From: Oscillospiraceae bacterium
Lineage (GTDB): Bacteria; Bacillota; Clostridia; Oscillospirales; Acutalibacteraceae
Direction: 5' to 3'
NCBI GenBank assembly: GCA_031262125.1
Contig: JAISII010000169.1
Location: forward strand, 1-39,074
Length of the DNA: 39,074 bases
Positions 35,324-39,074 of this stretch are shown one piece after another. Under the pieces are notes generated by a model. It did no database searches. It saw only the letters and a list, made by a program, of their open reading frames with translations, and was not told the origin of the DNA. The position numbers were made by a program, and so were the translations under genes. Numbering within the stretch: the first letter of the stretch is position 1; each line of letters opens with the position of its first letter.

Positions 35324-36658
35324 CTAAATAAAAATATTTGCCACAAGCTGCCAAACATCTTTTAGCGTAACAACCAAAATAAACAGCATTAATATTGCAA
35401 GCCCTGCACCGTTAACCGCCGCTTCTATCTTGCGGGGGATTGGCTTGCGGGCAATAGCCTCGATGGCAAGGAACACAAAACGTCCGCCGTCCAACGCAGG
35501 GAAGGGCAACAGGTTAAACACGCCTAAGTTTACGGTTATAAGCATCATCATAAAGAACAAGCGGTTAAAACCCTCGGCAAAGCCGCCAACTTCCAAACCC
35601 TCCGACGTTACCTGCTGTATTGCCGAAGTCATACCAACCGGGCCTGCAACGTCGGTCAACCCAAATTGCCCCGTAACAAGCCCGATTAGGCTTGCCCAAA
35701 CCATTTTAACAACCGAAATTGTATCGTTAAAGGTGTTGCTTAAAACCGTGCCGAAGTTTTTTTCTTGTGCCGTAGTATAAAAATCAAGCTGAACCATAGG
35801 CTGTGCTTCTTCGGATTCTTTATAACCTAAAAAGTTTACATCATATAGCTCAACAATCTGCCCGTTACGCTCGACTGTTACGTTTGTTTTAAAGCTTTGG
35901 CGTGTGCTTTGCGTTGCAAGTGCAGGCAGAGTATATTCGCCGTATTTGTGGTCCATATCGTTGTAGCATTTGCTGTATATACTCTCAACCTCGGCAACAG
36001 TTTTTGCACTACGCAATGCCGGCAAATAGCTGTTTAACACTGCTACAGCATCATTAAATTTGGCTTCTAAAACCGACTGTTCGGCATCTTTATATTTATC
36101 CCTAATGTCAACGGTAATATGGTCTACCAGATTATTAATCGCATCTTTTTTGTAAAAAACAATATTTTTACCGTCAAGATTATCCGAAACCTTTATTGTT
36201 GCCAAACCGTACTGAAAATCTCGCATTGTGGTAACGCCGTAGTTGTTAATGCGAACTATTTTATCTCCCTCTTTTAACCCTGTAAAGGCAGAGTATGACT
36301 GCTCGGGAAACGAATCTACAACTGGCTGCACAAAATAGGGCTGCTGCACCTCAATAATCAGCATAAAAATAAAGCCGAGCAAAATGTTAAGCAACGCTCC
36401 GGCTACTATTATAATCATACGCTTCCACAATTTTGCATTGTTAAAGGCACGGGGGTTTTGGCTGTCTTCATCCTCACCCTCCATTGCACAAAAGCCGCCA
36501 ATTGGCAACGCTCGCAGCGAATACACAGTCTCGCCCTTAGTAAACGAAAACAGCTTTGGGCCCATCCCAAGCGAAAATTCATTTACCTTAACGCCGCTGC
36601 GTTTTGCACTAATAAAATGCCCGAACTCGTGCACAAAAATAATTGCTTCAAAAAGCAA
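35324..36658 (-). CDS. rseP: RIP metalloprotease RseP (M50 site-2 protease)
   Basis: HEFGHF zinc motif, a central PDZ-like region and NLLPFPALDGG near the C-terminus. The track start (TTG 36658) lies only 8 codons before HExxH. The in-frame upstream sequence ILEGILLVIIGI looks like the missing first transmembrane helix (see findings). Confidence 0.85.
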   Translation of the reverse strand: MLFEAIIFVHEFGHFISAKRSGVKVNEFSLGMGPKLFSFTKGETVYSLRALPIGGFCAMEGEDEDSQNPRAFNNAKLWKRMIIIVAGALLNILLGFIFMLIIEVQQPYFVQPVVDSFPEQSYSAFTGLKEGDKIVRINNYGVTTMRDFQYGLATIKVSDNLDGKNIVFYKKDAINNLVDHITVDIRDKYKDAEQSVLEAKFNDAVAVLNSYLPALRSAKTVAEVESIYSKCYNDMDHKYGEYTLPALATQSTRQSFKTNVTVERNGQIVELYDVNFLGYKESEEAQPMVQLDFYTTAQEKNFGTVLSNTFNDTISVVKMVWASLIGLVTGQFGLTDVAGPVGMTSAIQQVTSEGLEVGGFAEGFNRLFFMMMLITVNLGVFNLLPFPALDGGRFVFLAIEAIARKPIPRKIEAAVNGAGLAILMLFILVVTLKDVWQLVANIFI

Positions 36659-36699
36659 AATGCCTATTATTACTAATAAAATACCTTCTAATATTTAAA

Positions 36700-37932
36700 T
36701 CATAACCTTTCTTTTACATATTGCCGTGCTGCTTCGTCGCACTCAAAAACATCCTGCAAGCTTGCAATGTTATTATTACTTTGCGTTTGCATAGCATTGT
36801 ATACTAACTCGCCGATTTTTAAAAACGAAATTTTCCCGCTTCTAAAGGCGGCGTTTGCTTCCTCGTTTGCACCGTTTGCTGCGGTTTGTGCCGCTTGCCC
36901 ATAAACTAATGCTTGTTTGCAGGCTTGCATACACAAAAAGGTTTCATAATCCGGCTCAAAAAAAGTGAGCTTGCCAATATCGGTTAAGCTAAGCTGCGGT
37001 GTGCTGCAAGGCAGCCTTTTGGGGTATGTTATTGCATATTGAATGGGGATTTTCATATCCGGCATACCCAATTGTGCAATAACAGCGTTATCAGAATATT
37101 CAACCAGCGAATGAATTATGCTTTGCGGATGCACCACAACATCAATTTCTTCTGCCTTAACACCAAACAGCCAGTAGGCTTCAATAATTTCTAAGCCTTT
37201 GTTCATCATAGTCGCCGAATCTATAGTTATTTTTGCACCCATATTCCAGTTTGGGTGCTTTAGAGCCTGCTGCGGGGTTACATCCTTAAGCTGCTGCGTG
37301 GTTTTGCCCAAAAATGGTCCGCCCGATGCTGTGAGTATGAGCTTTTTAACCTCTTTTTTGCTGTTAGCCCCCTGCAAGCATTGGAATATTGCCGAATGTT
37401 CACTATCAACAGGCAGCAATGCTACGCCGTTTGCTTTTATTGCTTCTTTTACAAGCTCGCCGCCTGCAACCAAAGCTTCTTTGTTTGCCAGGGCAATATT
37501 TTTTTTTGCATTGGCAGCTTTTAAAGTCGGCTCTAAGCCAACCATACCGACCAAGGAGTTTAGCACCATATCGGTGTCGTCATACTCGGCGGCGGCAAGC
37601 AAGCCATCTTTACCGCACAGCACCTTTGTTTGAGTATCGGCAATTGCAATTTTTAGCTGTGCAGCCGCATTATTATCATAAACAGCAGCAATGTGCGGTT
37701 TATAACGCCGCACCTGCTGCTCTAAAGTTCTAATGTTTGTGTTGGCGGTTAAAACTGTTGGTGTTATATTCAGGTCGTCGCAAATTTCTAACGCTTGTGT
37801 GCCGATTGAACCCGTCGAGCCCAAAATACTGATTTTTTTAACCGCAGTTTTTTCATAATTATCGTCTGTAATAGTATTAACAATATTTTTTGCAGAATCG
37901 ATTATTGCAAAATTTTTAAAATCTTCACTCAT
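36700..37932 (-). CDS. dxr: 1-deoxy-D-xylulose 5-phosphate reductoisomerase
   Basis: KKISILGSTGSIGTQAL, LANKEALV, PVDSEHSAIFQCL and NKGLEIIEA. It carries a ~30-aa N-terminal extension relative to the usual M-KKI-ILGSTGSIG start. AAAGGA RBS lies before ATG 37932. Confidence 0.9.
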   Translation of the reverse strand: MSEDFKNFAIIDSAKNIVNTITDDNYEKTAVKKISILGSTGSIGTQALEICDDLNITPTVLTANTNIRTLEQQVRRYKPHIAAVYDNNAAAQLKIAIADTQTKVLCGKDGLLAAAEYDDTDMVLNSLVGMVGLEPTLKAANAKKNIALANKEALVAGGELVKEAIKANGVALLPVDSEHSAIFQCLQGANSKKEVKKLILTASGGPFLGKTTQQLKDVTPQQALKHPNWNMGAKITIDSATMMNKGLEIIEAYWLFGVKAEEIDVVVHPQSIIHSLVEYSDNAVIAQLGMPDMKIPIQYAITYPKRLPCSTPQLSLTDIGKLTFFEPDYETFLCMQACKQALVYGQAAQTAANGANEEANAAFRSGKISFLKIGELVYNAMQTQSNNNIASLQDVFECDEAARQYVKERL

Positions 37933-37944
37933 AGTAATATCCTT

Positions 37945-38799
37945 TTAAACCCCGGTAAAAAACAGTGCAAAATATACCACGGGGGCGGTAAAAATAACAC
38001 TGTCAAAACGGTCGAGCAAACCGCCGTGCCCGGGGATAATCGAGCCGTAGTCTTTGATATGGCAATTGCGTTTGATTAGCGAAAACGCCAAGTCGCCCAA
38101 AATTGACAAAAACGAGTTTGCCACGCCGATTAAAAGCAAAATTAAATAGTTCGGCACAAACCCGCCGTAAATAAAGCTGAAAACATAGCCGATTGCCAAT
38201 GCACCTAAAGTCCCGAACAAAATACCGAAGGCTGCACCCTCAACCGTTTTTTTGGGGCTTATTTTAGGGCAAAGCTTATGCTTGCCAAAAAATGTTCCGC
38301 CAAAATATGCACCCGCATCGGCAAGCCACGGCACACCTAAAATTAACACAATATAGTAAGAAACTCTTGAGGCACCCTCAACGCTGGCATAATCTTGATA
38401 TATAGCCTCGCAAATAAAGTGGAAGGCAAATGTTATTAGCGTAAAAGTGCCTATAATAAAAGTTAAGTCGTCAAACTTAAATTTCTCGTGGTCAAGCACC
38501 ATTACAAAGAACATTATTATAATAAGCAAAAATAAGCAAACCAAATATCCCGAAATTTGATAACGCCCTATAACATATGTAAAATCGGGGAAGAATGCTG
38601 CCAATGCTGCCAGCAAAATGCACGGGAGCGAAATTTTGTAGTTGCGAATAAGCCCCCTTGCCGAAAGCAGCTCGCCGTAAACCTCGGCACACGCCAAAGC
38701 AAAAATTCCGGCTAAAACAAGCGGTTGCCATTCGCCTAAAAACAGCACACCAACCACTACGGATATACCCACAATTCCCGAAATGATTCTGGTTAGCAT
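37945..38799 (-). CDS. cdsA: Phosphatidate cytidylyltransferase
   Basis: 284-aa polytopic protein with the signature SLIKRNCHIKDYGSIIPGHGGLLDRFDS. Confidence 0.9.
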   Translation of the reverse strand: MLTRIISGIVGISVVVGVLFLGEWQPLVLAGIFALACAEVYGELLSARGLIRNYKISLPCILLAALAAFFPDFTYVIGRYQISGYLVCLFLLIIIMFFVMVLDHEKFKFDDLTFIIGTFTLITFAFHFICEAIYQDYASVEGASRVSYYIVLILGVPWLADAGAYFGGTFFGKHKLCPKISPKKTVEGAAFGILFGTLGALAIGYVFSFIYGGFVPNYLILLLIGVANSFLSILGDLAFSLIKRNCHIKDYGSIIPGHGGLLDRFDSVIFTAPVVYFALFFTGV

Positions 38800-38927
38800 A
38801 ATACCTCCGTTTTTTGCAACTTGTCATGTTTAGTTTTTTTGTGCAAGCACAAAAACTTCTCAAATACGATAGTTGCCCTTTTTTGCAAATTTATAATAAA
38901 TAAACAATATTGTAACAGTACACACAA

Positions 38928-39074
38928 TTATTTAGAATCCACGCCGCCAAAGCGACGGTTGCGGCCGACGAATTGTGCAATAGCCTCGTCAATGTCCTCG
39001 GGTTTAAAGTCGGGCCAAAGCTTGTCGGTAATTATATATTCGGAATATGCCGACTGCCACAGCAAAAAATTGCT
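38928..39074 (-). CDS. uppS: Undecaprenyl-diphosphate synthase, C-terminal 48 codons (the 5' part lies beyond the right window edge)
   Basis: My own translation: [48 protein letters not shown]. This is the conserved UppS C-terminus (SNFLLWQ.AY.E..F...LWPDF...R.RRFG), in the canonical uppS-cdsA-dxr-rseP order. Confidence 0.85.
   Translation of the reverse strand, partial: SNFLLWQSAYSEYIITDKLWPDFKPEDIDEAIAQFVGRNRRFGGVDSK

Noticed and set aside
38492-38863. 123-aa minus-strand ORF overlapping the cdsA 5' region (likewise 6670-7041 within mtaB)
   Set aside because: It is out of frame within a strongly supported gene and has an Arg/Cys-rich translation. This is a spurious alternative frame.
38838-38866. 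Hairpin TTTTGTG-caag-CACAAAA in the uppS-cdsA spacer as a terminator
   Set aside because: On the coding (minus) strand the hairpin is followed by an A-rich tract, not a U-rich one. uppS and cdsA are normally co-transcribed. The stem is also weak and AT-rich.

Overview
This is a 39-kb chromosomal window from a Firmicute. The PolC-type replicase, the gene content and the dockerin style suggest a Ruminococcus/Oscillospiraceae-like Clostridium. All genes but one lie on the minus strand.

There are three housekeeping blocks:
- 1-7.7 kb: partial ABC exporter, YnbB-like PLP lyase, two overlapping M42 aminopeptidase paralogs, murD, a small XRE regulator, mtaB and a divergent HPr-like gene.
- 21.8-28.3 kb: histidine operon hisZG(fused)-hisD-hisC-hisB-[282-bp palindrome-rich repeat]-hisA-hisI-hisE, with no hisH or hisF.
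- 28.3-39.1 kb: AI-2E transporter, a MITE-like inverted-repeat element, polC, ispG, rseP, dxr, cdsA and partial uppS.

The accessory part lies between them (7.86-21.7 kb). It holds three very large secreted proteins, each with its own terminator:
- A 1623-aa GH13 alpha-amylase with a CBM26-like module, an internal dockerin and duplicated modules of unknown family.
- A 1671-aa scaffoldin-like protein with several starch-binding-like modules, one cohesin-like domain and a C-terminal array of ~65-aa cell-wall-binding-type repeats.
- A 1160-aa protein with the same wall-binding repeats at its N-terminus, a Listeria-Bacteroides repeat and ~770 aa of unassigned sequence.

I read this as a compact, wall-tethered, amylosome-like starch-degrading system. 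It is the main thing worth following up. All domain calls are by-eye motif recognition; no searches were run. I found no rRNA, tRNA, CRISPR array, transposase or integrase.
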